Source: a virus
Lineage: Duplodnaviria; Caudoviricetes
IMG/VR virus record: IMGVR_UViG_3300024264_000144
Span: 1-27,065 of that record
Length of the DNA: 27,065 nt
Direction: 5' to 3' (one strand)
A model generated the notes under the pieces. It did not search any database, was not told the DNA's origin, and saw only the letters and a list, made by a program, of their open reading frames with translations. The position numbers and the translations under genes are program-made. This document shows positions 9,609 through 18,987 of this stretch, piece after piece (within the stretch, counting starts at the first letter, position 1; each line of letters begins with the position of its first letter).

Positions 9609-12600
9609 TAGCTAGTCTCCTCGAAACTTAAAGAAGTTAAGCTTTGACCATTAGAAAGGCCTATTGCTATCAAAACTTGATTTGCTGTTGAATTAGAAGC
9701 ATTTTCTGTTCCAAATGTTAAAGTGTACGCTTGATTATTTATATATGACCCTGTAGGTATAATATCTGCACCAGTTAGTGCGCAACCATCACTACCATTT
9801 CCTCCGCCTCCAGTATTAGATCCAGGTTGCCCTGCACCATTGTACTGACTAGTAGCAGTCAACCAACCATTAGAGCCAGATGAACTATCTATTCCTGATC
9901 CTGGTAATGCTATGTTGAAAGAAGAGATAGTTCCTGTTAGTCTTACTTTGAAGTTTGCCATGTTAGAGCGTCTAAATGCAAGTCTGATAAACTGGGCCCC
10001 ATTACGTCCCGTAGCTAGATCAGGCCCTACAGGTAGATATCCGCTACTTAAATCAGTATTAAAGTGCTTTAATGTACCCCACCTAACAATAGCTTCATCT
10101 GTTCCTGAAACAGTTTGAGAGCCTGACCATGCAGAAGTATTAAAATAATCAGTAGAAGAAGTAAAAGAAGGAGTAGCGCCACTAGCTCCCGATAATAATA
10201 TACGTTTAGCATCGTCATTATATGTAGCACCCAAGTTATCACTTACTGATATAGTCTCTTCATTGAATCCGGATATAGATTGACTATAAACTTGAAGCTT
10301 AGTATCTGAAAGCTCTGAGTAGCTTCCTGTACCGTTTACATTTTTCATTCTAAACTTTAAAGTTTCAGAAACTCTTGCAGAACCGTTTACATTTATAGAA
10401 ATATCTCCCAAAGTGTACTTATTAGAACTGCTCACTCCTGTACCTTTTAGAGGAACTGAACTAGATAAATAACTTGAAGCACCATCAAGGTCATTATAAT
10501 TTTTATTTTGAGTTGAAATAGAGTTACCACTTGTGCTCTCAAAATTTGTAGCAGGAGCTATTGTAAAAGGAGTAGAAGTATCTCTATACGTTTGATCAAT
10601 CCAATTATATACTTGAGCCCCACTTAAAAGAACTTGAGCACCGCTATTATAGTAAGCAACTCCCGAAATATATCTTTTTGTGCCTGCAACACTTTCTGTT
10701 AGAGTTGCTGAGGTTAAATCTATGCTAGGAGTATCGGTTAAGCTTTCTTTTACTATCTCCACTGTATTAGTAGAACCTTCTGTGCTATGCTGAAGAGAAA
10801 AGGAATTAACGCCATCAGATAAAGTAGTAGCACTCTTTTGTACATAAGCTTTGAATACTCTATAAAATCCTTCAGGGTAAATTCTGCTGCTGCCATAAAC
10901 TGAGTTACCAGTAGCTCCTGAGCCGTTGGCATCAATATCTTCACTTATAACAAGAGAAGTGTAGGTTCCTGCATCATTACCCGTAGTAAAGGTTTTAGTG
11001 CCGTCTACACTTCCATTTACAATAGCACTTAGATCGCCTGCTACAGCATTATAAGCATAAGAGCTTAAAGTATCGGTTGTTACAAAACCAACTTGATCTA
11101 CAGTTCTGTTCACACTATCTCCTGCACTAACACTAGAGCCTCCAGTATTATCATCAAAACTAGCTGTTAATAATGGAGATAGTCCTACGTCTTCTGAAGT
11201 CATAGTTATGGTTTTAGAAGATAGCCCTGCAGGAGCGCTTGGAGGGTTAACGATTTCAATATAGTTATTTCTTGTATCCGTATCATCAGTGGCTGTCAAA
11301 GAGTTATCTCCTGTAGCAAGTAGTGAAAGGTTGTAGGTTCCTGTAGAAGTGTATTCATGAGTTATATTAGCGCCAGTAGGAGTACCAGCTGCGCCTTCAG
11401 AAAGAGAAGTGTTAGTAGAATCACCAAACGACCATTCATAGGTATCAGTATTTTCAGATTGATTTATGAACGTAGCTATATTTCTCTTATTACCACTATA
11501 GTCTGTGAATAAGTATCCTAATCTAGAACTAGAAGAGTTAAGACCTTGAGATATAGTACTCATAGTTCCTACATATTCAGAGCGAGGATCAGGATTTACA
11601 GTTATAGTAGTTGCTGAACTAGAAAAGGGAGAAGTGCTATGACCATTATACAAAGATAAGGTTACATCAAAAGTCTGCTGCACTGTTCTGTTAGATAGTG
11701 CAAAAGTATGAGATATGCTCTGATTAGTATCGCCACTAGAACTAGAACCTGCAGTAACATACTGAGAGGTTCCATCTCCCCAATCCCACTTATATCTAAT
11801 AGTATCAGGATAAGAAGAGTCGTTACCAGGAGCACTGCTGGTAGTATTAGTAAAGGTTACGGGTAAGCCCGAAGTGGCTTCTTCATTGTTACCGCTAGTA
11901 ACGCTAGAACTAAAAGTAGGCGTGTGAGTAGAGTATACATATACAGAAGAATTAGTGCTATCATCTTGGCCGTTTGAAGAGGCAGCAGCCGTAAGAGTTA
12001 TAGTATAAGTTTCATCTCCCGCAGTATTATTATAAGTGTGTAAAATGCCGCCCCCACCTGGAGTGCCTGCACCACTAGAACCTAGAGAGGTATTAGAACT
12101 TCCATCTCCCCAGTTAATTTCATAAGAGTCAGTAAACTGAGAACTATTAGTAAGCGTTACTGATGAGGCATCATCTATAGTATTATCAGCAATAGAAAAT
12201 CCAGCTATAGGAGCAGGAGTTTGTAGTGATATATAGTTAGAACGAGTAGAGAATGCTTCAGATCCTTCACCTGATCCTGAAGTATTTTTAGCTGTTACTG
12301 TTATAGTTTGAAGACCTCCGTCAGGCACAACATAGGTATGAGGTACAGAAGTAGAAGAAGTTGTTGTATTAGCTGTTCCATCTCCCCAGCTTATTTCATA
12401 ATTATTAGCATTGCCTTCAGCAGTTATTGTAAGGGTAGTATTTAGTGGGGAGTTGCCTGCGGTAACATTAGAAACAAAAGAAACTTCTTTGACAAAAGTA
12501 TCATTTCTTACATTTTCAAGAACTTCATTAAGAATATCAATAGCATCAGTAACTTTTGTAGTAGTATCAAAATATTGATAAGCGCCATCTGCTAAAGAAT

Positions 12601-14377
12601 AGTCTAAGCTTGTTCCAAGAGCAAGAGTGTTAGCCGTAGTATTAACAGAGTTAGCTATTAAATTAGTAACTTCGATAGTTTGAGCTACAAGGTTACCAGT
12701 AGACACACTATGAGTTGCTTCAACTGTTACTCCAAATACGTTACTTTGAGTTACGCTAGCAGTTATGCTGTCTGCAGTCATTTCACCTGCTCTAAAGTCG
12801 GCAGGACTTCCACTAAATACTTCTCCGCTATTTGTTGCGTCTAGTAAAAATGAATAAGAATTAGAAGCTGCGTTCCAACCAAAAAATCCTAGTTTAGACT
12901 GATTATCTTCGTAGTATCTAAATTCTACTCCGCGATCTTTTCCGTCTGAGGACTCTAATGCCGTGTTTCCTGCAAGAGTAATAATAGGATCTTTTAGAGT
13001 AGTAACAGTAGTATCTACAGAAGTAGTATTTCCTTCTACAATTAAGTTTCCTAATAGTAGAAGATTAGTAGCGTCAAGAGTTATGCTTCCTGCATTAGAA
13101 GAAATATTAGAACCGCTAATTACTATGTCGCCTATGTTAGCGCGAGGAAAGCCTGTTTTAAGATATGTTTCATTAATAGCTGACACTAAATTAGAAGTAT
13201 CAACAGTAACTAAATCAGCTTTAGATCCTACATTAGACTCTACTCTAAACTCTAGTGAGTTTACATTTGCAGTTAGTGAGTCTAAATTAGCTACTGTACG
13301 TACTTCTAAAGTATTTACATTTGCAGTTAAAGTATTAAGATTAGCAGTTACAGAAGAGTCTAGTGCTTCTACATTGCCAGCTAGTGAGTTTAAGTTGGCA
13401 GTTACACGAAAGTCTAGTGAGTTTACATTTGAAGTAGTCAGGTCAATATTAGACTGGGTACGACTTTCAAGAGCGTCTACATTAGCTGTAATAACATCGA
13501 GATTAGCAGTTACACGTAGGTCAAGAGCTACAACATTATCAGTTGTAGCATTTATATTAGCGTTTACATTATCTGCAAGAGATACAACATTGTCGTGTAA
13601 AGAAGTAATATTAGCTTGAAGCTCAGCAATATCTTCTCCGCCTACATCTGCAATAGCAGCATTAGCGTATGCAGCATAAGCATCGAGATTAGAGCTTACT
13701 ACACCAATATTAGCTGTAAGTTGTACTACGTTGTCGTCAAGATCTTGTAGGTGTTGAGCATTACCACTTGAAAGAGAGTTAATAGCCGCAACAATGTTAT
13801 CGCTTACGCCCGTATTTAAATTAATAGGATCGCCTGTTAAAGCTATAATCTGAGCGTTAGAAGCCAAGTCACTTGCAACAATTTCAACTGTGTCAACAGC
13901 GTTTGCATCAGCAGTAAGACTCACACCAGGAATTCTAACTGTACCATCAGGATCAACATTGAAGTTTTGAATAGCAATGGATGAGCCGCTGATAGAAGAG
14001 TTAGCACCTATAAAGATTGTACCTTCTGCAACGTGTATTTCTTTAAACTTGCGTTCAGGAGTACCTAAGCTGGTAGCTTCATCAGAACTAGGTACAATGT
14101 TAGAGCCTACAACAATACTTGATCCAGGTATAGAAGTGTTGGCACTAATAAAAAGATCACGGGCGTCTCCTGAACGCACCGTGATCTCATTTTGATGTTC
14201 ACCTATACCGATGTTAAGATTACCTACGTTGGCATTCTCTTCACCTTTGGGACCTCGTATCCCTACTTCTACAACTTTTATAGCCCCTGAATTAGGAGCT
14301 GTTACAACTACTTGATTTGTGGTCTCGGAGACAGTGACGGATTGTACTGTTTCACTTACGGTTACTCTGTTGCTCAA
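9608..14377 (-). CDS. Long tail fibre-like protein with coiled coil and four PKD domains
   Basis: 1589 aa. N-terminal GIRGPKGE, an 18-aa periodic coiled coil (ANLDxLTANVxxLExRV), and PKD signatures YEISWGDGT, YEINWGDGS, YKWDWGDGT and YEWSFGDST. Directly follows the collar-like gene. Confidence 0.75.
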   Translation of the reverse strand: MSNRVTVSETVQSVTVSETTNQVVVTAPNSGAIKVVEVGIRGPKGEENANVGNLNIGIGEHQNEITVRSGDARDLFISANTSIPGSSIVVGSNIVPSSDEATSLGTPERKFKEIHVAEGTIFIGANSSISGSSIAIQNFNVDPDGTVRIPGVSLTADANAVDTVEIVASDLASNAQIIALTGDPINLNTGVSDNIVAAINSLSSGNAQHLQDLDDNVVQLTANIGVVSSNLDAYAAYANAAIADVGGEDIAELQANITSLHDNVVSLADNVNANINATTDNVVALDLRVTANLDVITANVDALESRTQSNIDLTTSNVNSLDFRVTANLNSLAGNVEALDSSVTANLNTLTANVNTLEVRTVANLDSLTANVNSLEFRVESNVGSKADLVTVDTSNLVSAINETYLKTGFPRANIGDIVISGSNISSNAGSITLDATNLLLLGNLIVEGNTTSVDTTVTTLKDPIITLAGNTALESSDGKDRGVEFRYYEDNQSKLGFFGWNAASNSYSFLLDATNSGEVFSGSPADFRAGEMTADSITASVTQSNVFGVTVEATHSVSTGNLVAQTIEVTNLIANSVNTTANTLALGTSLDYSLADGAYQYFDTTTKVTDAIDILNEVLENVRNDTFVKEVSFVSNVTAGNSPLNTTLTITAEGNANNYEISWGDGTANTTTSSTSVPHTYVVPDGGLQTITVTAKNTSGSGEGSEAFSTRSNYISLQTPAPIAGFSIADNTIDDASSVTLTNSSQFTDSYEINWGDGSSNTSLGSSGAGTPGGGGILHTYNNTAGDETYTITLTAAASSNGQDDSTNSSVYVYSTHTPTFSSSVTSGNNEEATSGLPVTFTNTTSSAPGNDSSYPDTIRYKWDWGDGTSQYVTAGSSSSGDTNQSISHTFALSNRTVQQTFDVTLSLYNGHSTSPFSSSATTITVNPDPRSEYVGTMSTISQGLNSSSSRLGYLFTDYSGNKRNIATFINQSENTDTYEWSFGDSTNTSLSEGAAGTPTGANITHEYTSTGTYNLSLLATGDNSLTATDDTDTRNNYIEIVNPPSAPAGLSSKTITMTSEDVGLSPLLTASFDDNTGGSSVSAGDSVNRTVDQVGFVTTDTLSSYAYNAVAGDLSAIVNGSVDGTKTFTTGNDAGTYTSLVISEDIDANGSGATGNSVYGSSRIYPEGFYRVFKAYVQKSATTLSDGVNSFSLQHSTEGSTNTVEIVKESLTDTPSIDLTSATLTESVAGTKRYISGVAYYNSGAQVLLSGAQVYNWIDQTYRDTSTPFTIAPATNFESTSGNSISTQNKNYNDLDGASSYLSSSVPLKGTGVSSSNKYTLGDISINVNGSARVSETLKFRMKNVNGTGSYSELSDTKLQVYSQSISGFNEETISVSDNLGATYNDDAKRILLSGASGATPSFTSSTDYFNTSAWSGSQTVSGTDEAIVRWGTLKHFNTDLSSGYLPVGPDLATGRNGAQFIRLAFRRSNMANFKVRLTGTISSFNIALPGSGIDSSSGSNGWLTATSQYNGAGQPGSNTGGGGNGSDGCALTGADIIPTGSYINNQAYTLTFGTENASNSTANQVLIAIGLSNGQSLTSLSFEETS

Positions 14378-14754
14378 ACTGTAATCTCTGGAACTACGTT
14401 AAATTTTCCTTCGAGTATTCTAGTAACAACTCCAGAAGGAGATTGTATTTCGAGATCATATTTAAGAGAACCAGGAGGTATAGCAGAAGTATTAGCTGCA
14501 GCAATTAGTAGCCTAACGTTTCCGTTAGCTCCATCTTCGCTGTCTTCTACCGAACCATTTAATATACAGTGACCATTTGAGGTAGCATTACTATGTAAAT
14601 CTACTATAAGATCTCCCCCACTATACTCACGAACGTGCATCCTAACTAAGTAGTTGTTAAGACTTACCGCTGTACCAGTGGAATCTTTATAGGTTATGAT
14701 TTTATCAAAAGTAGCTCCTTGCTCACAAGTGAAATTATACTTTCCTGCTGACAT
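14374..14754 (-). CDS. T5 p132-like / BppU-N-like fibre collar (attachment) protein
   Basis: 126 aa with pattern QGATF...YDLEI...RILEGKFNVVPEIT, resembling the C-terminus of T5 p132 as I recall it. Sits directly upstream of the fibre gene. Confidence 0.65.
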   Translation of the reverse strand: MSAGKYNFTCEQGATFDKIITYKDSTGTAVSLNNYLVRMHVREYSGGDLIVDLHSNATSNGHCILNGSVEDSEDGANGNVRLLIAAANTSAIPPGSLKYDLEIQSPSGVVTRILEGKFNVVPEITV

Positions 14755-15210
14755 TTATTTTTTGTCTCCTAGCAGATCCTTCATCAAGGAATCGTAGTTA
14801 TTATTGATTTGTACGGCTACTCCAGTATCGCGCTTTGGTCGTGCTGAGGTTTCCATATCATTAAGAAGCTTCATCCAATCAAGTAAATCTTTCTTAGAAT
14901 AGACACCTGACTCAAAAGCTTCCTGTAGTTTTTCGTCGATAACTTTGTTTATAACTGTTAATCGCTTTTGGCGATTTAAGTAGCCTTGGCTTAAATAAAC
15001 GTTATCCACGTAAGATTTAACTTCTTTATTCTCAATAATACTGGTTACTTGGTCCATTGTCAATGAGTGATTTTTAGCTATTTCATCAATGCTCTGACCG
15101 GCTAGAAAATCATTTGCGACAAGTAGATATGTAGGATCAAGCGCTGGAGCAGCGAGTGATTCGTTTAATTGGTCACTGTAAGTAACAGGTATGTTTGGTT
15201 TATCATTCAT
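14755..15210 (-). CDS. terS: T5-type terminase small subunit
   Basis: N-terminal HTH (SIDEIAKNHSLTMDQV), then EVKSYVDNVYLSQGYLNRQKRLTVINKVIDEKLQE and a C-terminal VQINNNYDSLM. This matches the pattern of T5-family TerS as recalled. Confidence 0.75.
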   Translation of the reverse strand: MNDKPNIPVTYSDQLNESLAAPALDPTYLLVANDFLAGQSIDEIAKNHSLTMDQVTSIIENKEVKSYVDNVYLSQGYLNRQKRLTVINKVIDEKLQEAFESGVYSKKDLLDWMKLLNDMETSARPKRDTGVAVQINNNYDSLMKDLLGDKK

Positions 15211-15561
15211 TTATAAGTCTTCTTTTGGTTTTTCCCAAGGCTGTTCGCCTGACCATGCTTGGAAGTTTCGTACTGGTGCTAACAAACACATTGTTTTGTC
15301 AGGAAACATAATTGTAATGCTAGTTGTTTTAGTATCTAAGTTAGTCCAAACGTACAATCCAGCTTTAAAAAACTGTTTTGTGTTAGCTTCACGAATAAGA
15401 CTATCTCCAGTAAAGATTAGACGCTCATCTACTTTACGAAGCACCTCAAATACGTCTATAACATTGTTGCAAGGAAGCATAGTTGTCATAGTTTTTTCTT
15501 GACCTAAAGCATAACTAGCTGTAGATAAGAATAGTGCAGTAATTAAAAATATATTTTTCAT
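15211..15561 (-). CDS. Hypothetical exported protein
   Basis: Signal-peptide-like N-terminus (MKNIFLITALFLSTASYA) and two Cys; tightly packed in the operon. Confidence 0.7.
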   Translation of the reverse strand: MKNIFLITALFLSTASYALGQEKTMTTMLPCNNVIDVFEVLRKVDERLIFTGDSLIREANTKQFFKAGLYVWTNLDTKTTSITIMFPDKTMCLLAPVRNFQAWSGEQPWEKPKEDL

Positions 15562-16031
15562 AATTCACTCTCATAAGTTATAGTGAAGATCATATCAGCG
15601 ACTCCATAAGGAGACATAACACCTTCGTCAGTGCTAAGTTGTAATAGTCTTACATCAATTAAACAATCTACACGGTTTTTTAAATTATTGAGTACATGCT
15701 CTATATCATCTAATAAAGCTTCTGCCCACCAGGTAGAATCTTCATCTTCTCCTAAGTCTTCATGTACATAGCCTCTAAGATTAAAAGTAGCAGTTTTATA
15801 TCTAATACCTGCTTCAGCTTCTCTAAAGGCTTCTTCTACTATATAGAAGCAGATTGTAGGAAAATCGTTAAGCTCATATAAAAACTTATAACTTGGAAAA
15901 CAATTTTCATGGCAATCTGTATTAAAAGTATACTGTTTAGGGCCTGGAAGATGAGCTGTTTGAATAGAGGTGCCTCCATCAATAGTTCTTAGCTCTTCTG
16001 TTAAGCTTCTAAGTAGGGTTAACTTGTTCAT
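15558..16031 (-). CDS. T5 p142-like tail tube terminator protein
   Basis: YKFLYELNDFPTI and STDEGVMSPYGVADMIFTITY resemble the T5 p142 motifs as recalled; 157 aa size is consistent. Confidence 0.7.
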   Translation of the reverse strand: MNKLTLLRSLTEELRTIDGGTSIQTAHLPGPKQYTFNTDCHENCFPSYKFLYELNDFPTICFYIVEEAFREAEAGIRYKTATFNLRGYVHEDLGEDEDSTWWAEALLDDIEHVLNNLKNRVDCLIDVRLLQLSTDEGVMSPYGVADMIFTITYESEL

Positions 16032-16372
16032 TCGGCTGCTACAGGCTTTGTACCAAATGTTCTGTTATAGCCTGGATCTTCATCATATGCGCCTGCCCAT
16101 TTATTCTCAGTAAAAGCTGCAAACTCTACAAGAGCGTCTAAGTCAAAAAATATATCAGATATCCATCCCTCAAGTTCTACTGTTTTAGCTTTTAAATCTG
16201 CTAAGTCACGAGCCATAGTAATTTCTTCTTCTACAGCCATACGACTAGTTAACTGAGATACTTGCTCACTTAGTTGTTCTATTGTTTGTGCTTGTTGAGC
16301 TGTCCACCATACAAAACCACTAACTTGTAGCACTATTGCAACAACAACTCCTATACTAAACTTTGTGTTCAT
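16028..16372 (-). CDS. Membrane-anchored coiled-coil protein
   Basis: N-terminal transmembrane segment (IGVVVAIVLQVSGFVWW) followed by heptads. Confidence 0.65.
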   Translation of the reverse strand: MNTKFSIGVVVAIVLQVSGFVWWTAQQAQTIEQLSEQVSQLTSRMAVEEEITMARDLADLKAKTVELEGWISDIFFDLDALVEFAAFTENKWAGAYDEDPGYNRTFGTKPVAAE

Positions 16373-16589
16373 TTTTATACTCCATTTCAGTTATAACCTC
16401 ATTGCCTTCACGATCGTTTGCAATACCTGCAGCTAAACTTTGTATTTGCTCTACTATGTGGTTACATTTTTGTGCATCATAGCTGCAGTGTGCATCTTCA
16501 GAAAATTGGTTACGCAATCTATGTACTTGCACCGCTAAGTCATGCATAACATTTATTCGTTGGATAACACTTTCTATGCTATGTCTCAT
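16356..16589 (-). CDS. Hypothetical protein
   Basis: GAGGAG RBS; overlaps its neighbours in the operon. Confidence 0.65.
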   Translation of the reverse strand: MRHSIESVIQRINVMHDLAVQVHRLRNQFSEDAHCSYDAQKCNHIVEQIQSLAAGIANDREGNEVITEMEYKNEHKV

Positions 16590-16767
16590 GCTTACTCCTC
16601 AAATGTTTTTTATACGCTTCTTCAAATCCATCTTCATGATAACAAAGCTCGTGATTACCCCACATACGTTTAAAGTACCCACTATAACAGTCTCTCATAG
16701 TTTTAGGATCAGTTATATGACCTTTTACCATATAAAATAGTCTAGCTACTTCTTTATCAGTCATCAC
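16579..16767 (-). CDS. Hypothetical protein
   Basis: GAGGAG RBS; operon packing. Confidence 0.65.
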   Translation of the reverse strand: MMTDKEVARLFYMVKGHITDPKTMRDCYSGYFKRMWGNHELCYHEDGFEEAYKKHLRSKHET

Positions 16768-16939
16768 TTATCTCCTCGCTTGAATCTCTATAACGTAGCT
16801 TAGGAGTATCATACTTACATCTTTCACTGCAGTACCATATGTATCCTTTACTAGCTACTCCACAAAATACATCGTAGGCACGATGATCACCATTGCTAAG
16901 GGGTTCAAAAGCCATATGAGTAGCACTGCACCTGTTCAT
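16757..16939 (-). CDS. Hypothetical Cys-rich small protein
   Basis: ATGA overlap with the upstream gene; YCSERC motif. Confidence 0.5.
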   Translation of the reverse strand: MNRCSATHMAFEPLSNGDHRAYDVFCGVASKGYIWYCSERCKYDTPKLRYRDSSEEISDD

Positions 16940-17214
16940 GAAACCACGGACAGTTCGTAGGTTTCCATAACTTGATTTGTTTGAGAAGAAGCAACGCTGT
17001 GAGCCTGTTCTTCACTTTCTGCAGTAAAGTAAAGTACTTTACCTATTCTTGTATCTACTACACAATCAAAGCCTATACTTGCAAGAGCGCGAGAGGTTGC
17101 CATGCCTGCATTGTCAAGAATTCCAGGATGTAAGTTTATAATAGCACAGTACTTTTTCATAGCCCTAAGCTCCACATCCATACAGGTATAACCACAAAGT
17201 GTAGTGCTACGCAT
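16936..17214 (-). CDS. Hypothetical protein, possibly PurS-like; true start probably the internal MKKY
   Basis: INLHPGILDNAG...ALASIGF...RIGKV...NQVMETY resembles the PurS pattern (L+xGVLDPQG...L..LGF...RxGK...NPVIExY) from memory. A GGAG lies upstream of MKKY. Confidence 0.5.
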   Translation of the reverse strand: MRSTTLCGYTCMDVELRAMKKYCAIINLHPGILDNAGMATSRALASIGFDCVVDTRIGKVLYFTAESEEQAHSVASSQTNQVMETYELSVVS

Positions 17215-17256
17215 AAAAATATCATTAACTTAACAGTTAACATATTATTATTTTTG

Positions 17257-18012
17257 TTAGTCATTTATCAGTCTTTCTATAGCATTAACATATCCAGGCA
17301 TAGAGTGATCACTTATAGAGTCAAAACGTCCGGCAGCTAGTCCAAGACCTATGCCACGTATACGATCCCATGCTCTTGATAATCCTCGTATGCTACGTTG
17401 CTTACCGCAAGAACTTATATACTGCTCATTTCCATCATGACGATAACCCATTATCCATAAAGGTACGCGTGTTACAACGTCATTATTATTAACCCAACGA
17501 CTATGTGTAACACTCAAAGAACAACAAAAAGCTGCATTGCCTACGCGAGGAGAGCCATAAGTATAAAGTTCTCTTACCTCTGGTAACATTATATCATCTT
17601 GACAACGAGATGCCAAGATTGTTGCCATTGCCGCTCCTAGTGAATGTCCACAAAACCATACTCTACGGTTGCCTGCTGCTTTCAAATGTGGTAATATCAA
17701 AGAATATAAATCATCACACTCTTGTTTAAAACCTCGGTGTACTCGACCTACTGTTTCTGCCGCAGTCATAGCTGCTTTAAGATCAGCACTAACATCGTTC
17801 CATTCGCCTGGCTCTGTTCCACGACACGCAATTACTAAATCATGTTTGCTTGAAAAGCAATAGGCTTGTGCACCGTCACGATCTAAAAAAGTTATATCGT
17901 TAAAACCTAACTGTTGGCCTCTTCTACGGGCAGGGGTTTCATCTCTGTAAGAAGTGTTTGATAGTCTTGCAAATAACAAACTCTTTTCTAAGAAGGATAA
18001 TTCTTCAATCAT
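17257..18012 (-). CDS. Class 3 lipase (alpha/beta hydrolase)
   Basis: Motifs IACRGTE, VHRGF, GHSLGAAMA nucleophile elbow, YTYGSPRVGN, NNDVVTRVP and C-terminal DHSM..Y. AAGGAG RBS. Confidence 0.92.
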   Translation of the reverse strand: MIEELSFLEKSLLFARLSNTSYRDETPARRRGQQLGFNDITFLDRDGAQAYCFSSKHDLVIACRGTEPGEWNDVSADLKAAMTAAETVGRVHRGFKQECDDLYSLILPHLKAAGNRRVWFCGHSLGAAMATILASRCQDDIMLPEVRELYTYGSPRVGNAAFCCSLSVTHSRWVNNNDVVTRVPLWIMGYRHDGNEQYISSCGKQRSIRGLSRAWDRIRGIGLGLAAGRFDSISDHSMPGYVNAIERLIND

Positions 18013-18231
18013 AGTAAGACTCCTTTACAAAATTAATTGTATATAGCATAAAGTTATCATAGTATTTGTACTATGTCCAACTCTTTTAACGAAAATTCAA
18101 AAAATTACTGGGGGAACGCGTGCGGGTGTGCGCAGCGCACGCATAGGTTGTAATGTGCCAAAACCGCCCTACCATAGGTTGCAAAAATAAGAAAACTACA
18201 GTTTTTTTTAAAAACGGCAGTTTTTCCGGCC

Positions 18232-18552
18232 CTATACGGGCCGATATGGTTTTGCGATACCGGCGGCGGCTGCCTTGCAATATTTTGCCCAATATGCGCG
18301 GCGGCTTTCTATTTCGGCGCGGGCTTCGCTATAAGGTGCATAGGCGCGAAAAACTACGTTTGCAGTTCCTTGCACCTTATTGCAAACATCGCACAAGCGC
18401 ACAAAATTTTCTAAAACCATTGCGCCGCCATTGGCTTCTGAAACTAAATGACCCGCTTCGCGAGCATCCCAAGTGCCGCAAGCTGCGCAGCAGTTAAAAC
18501 GCGCGAAAACTTCGTTGCGGATTTTTGCGGGGATTCTTGATTTTTTAGCCAT
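18232..18552 (-). CDS. HNH endonuclease
   Basis: CAACG...GHLVSEANGG...NFVRLCDVCNKVQG; AGGAG RBS and its own promoter. Confidence 0.8.
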   Translation of the reverse strand: MAKKSRIPAKIRNEVFARFNCCAACGTWDAREAGHLVSEANGGAMVLENFVRLCDVCNKVQGTANVVFRAYAPYSEARAEIESRRAYWAKYCKAAAAGIAKPYRPV

Positions 18553-18577
18553 CTGATTTTCTCCTATCTATAATAAG

Positions 18578-18606
18578 AATATACATACCGCGGCGGATAA
18601 ATACAA
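18578..18606 (-). promoter_or_regulatory. Sigma70-type promoter for the HNH gene
   Basis: TTGTAT-N17-TATATT on the minus strand. Confidence 0.6.
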
Positions 18607-18649
18607 GAGAAAAAAGGACTTTTTTTAAAAAAAATTTGTTTTGCTTTAA

Positions 18650-18662
18650 AATCAATAGGTTA
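18650..18662 (+). promoter_or_regulatory. Single IHF-consensus box between divergent promoters
   Basis: AATCAATAGGTTA matches WATCAANNNNTTR exactly. Confidence 0.55.
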
Positions 18663-18694
18663 GCAGATTTTTACAAAAAAAGCTGGATATGGGC

Positions 18695-18722
18695 TTGAAA
18701 CCCGCGAAAATATGCTTATATT
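18695..18722 (+). promoter_or_regulatory. Sigma70-type promoter
   Basis: TTGAAA-N16-TATATT. Confidence 0.5.
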
Positions 18723-18752
18723 AATATTATGACATTTACGAAAGGATTTAAA

Positions 18753-18986
18753 ATGTTTGGATATATTGTTCGCGAAACCGAAAAAGCTGTTGCCTTTGTT
18801 CAAGAGGGCAAATTTGCGGGCGTCGAAGTCAAGGCGCTATGGGTTCCACGGTCTAAAATCAATTCTATGGTTGAGCGCGATAGCTATTCGCCAAGCATCC
18901 AGCTTGCCGGTGAAAAAATCCGCCGCTTTGGAATTCCAACGGATCTTGAAATTGATCCAGCATTTTTAGAAAAGATTGGGGTTTAA
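18753..18986 (+). CDS. Hypothetical protein
   Basis: AAAGGA RBS precedes the ATG at 18753, in frame with the track start at 18729. Contains RETEKAV...WVPRS. Confidence 0.7.
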   Translation: MFGYIVRETEKAVAFVQEGKFAGVEVKALWVPRSKINSMVERDSYSPSIQLAGEKIRRFGIPTDLEIDPAFLEKIGV

Positions 18987-18987
18987 T

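Noticed and set aside
2191-15502. Plus-strand and nested ORFs within the late genes (e.g. 3331-3660, 12963-13619, 15191-15502)
   Set aside because: They are antisense or alternative-frame shadows of long, motif-bearing minus-strand genes.
18086-18497. ORFs 18086-18292 and 18153-18497
   Set aside because: They overlap the HNH gene, which has an RBS, a promoter and catalytic motifs.
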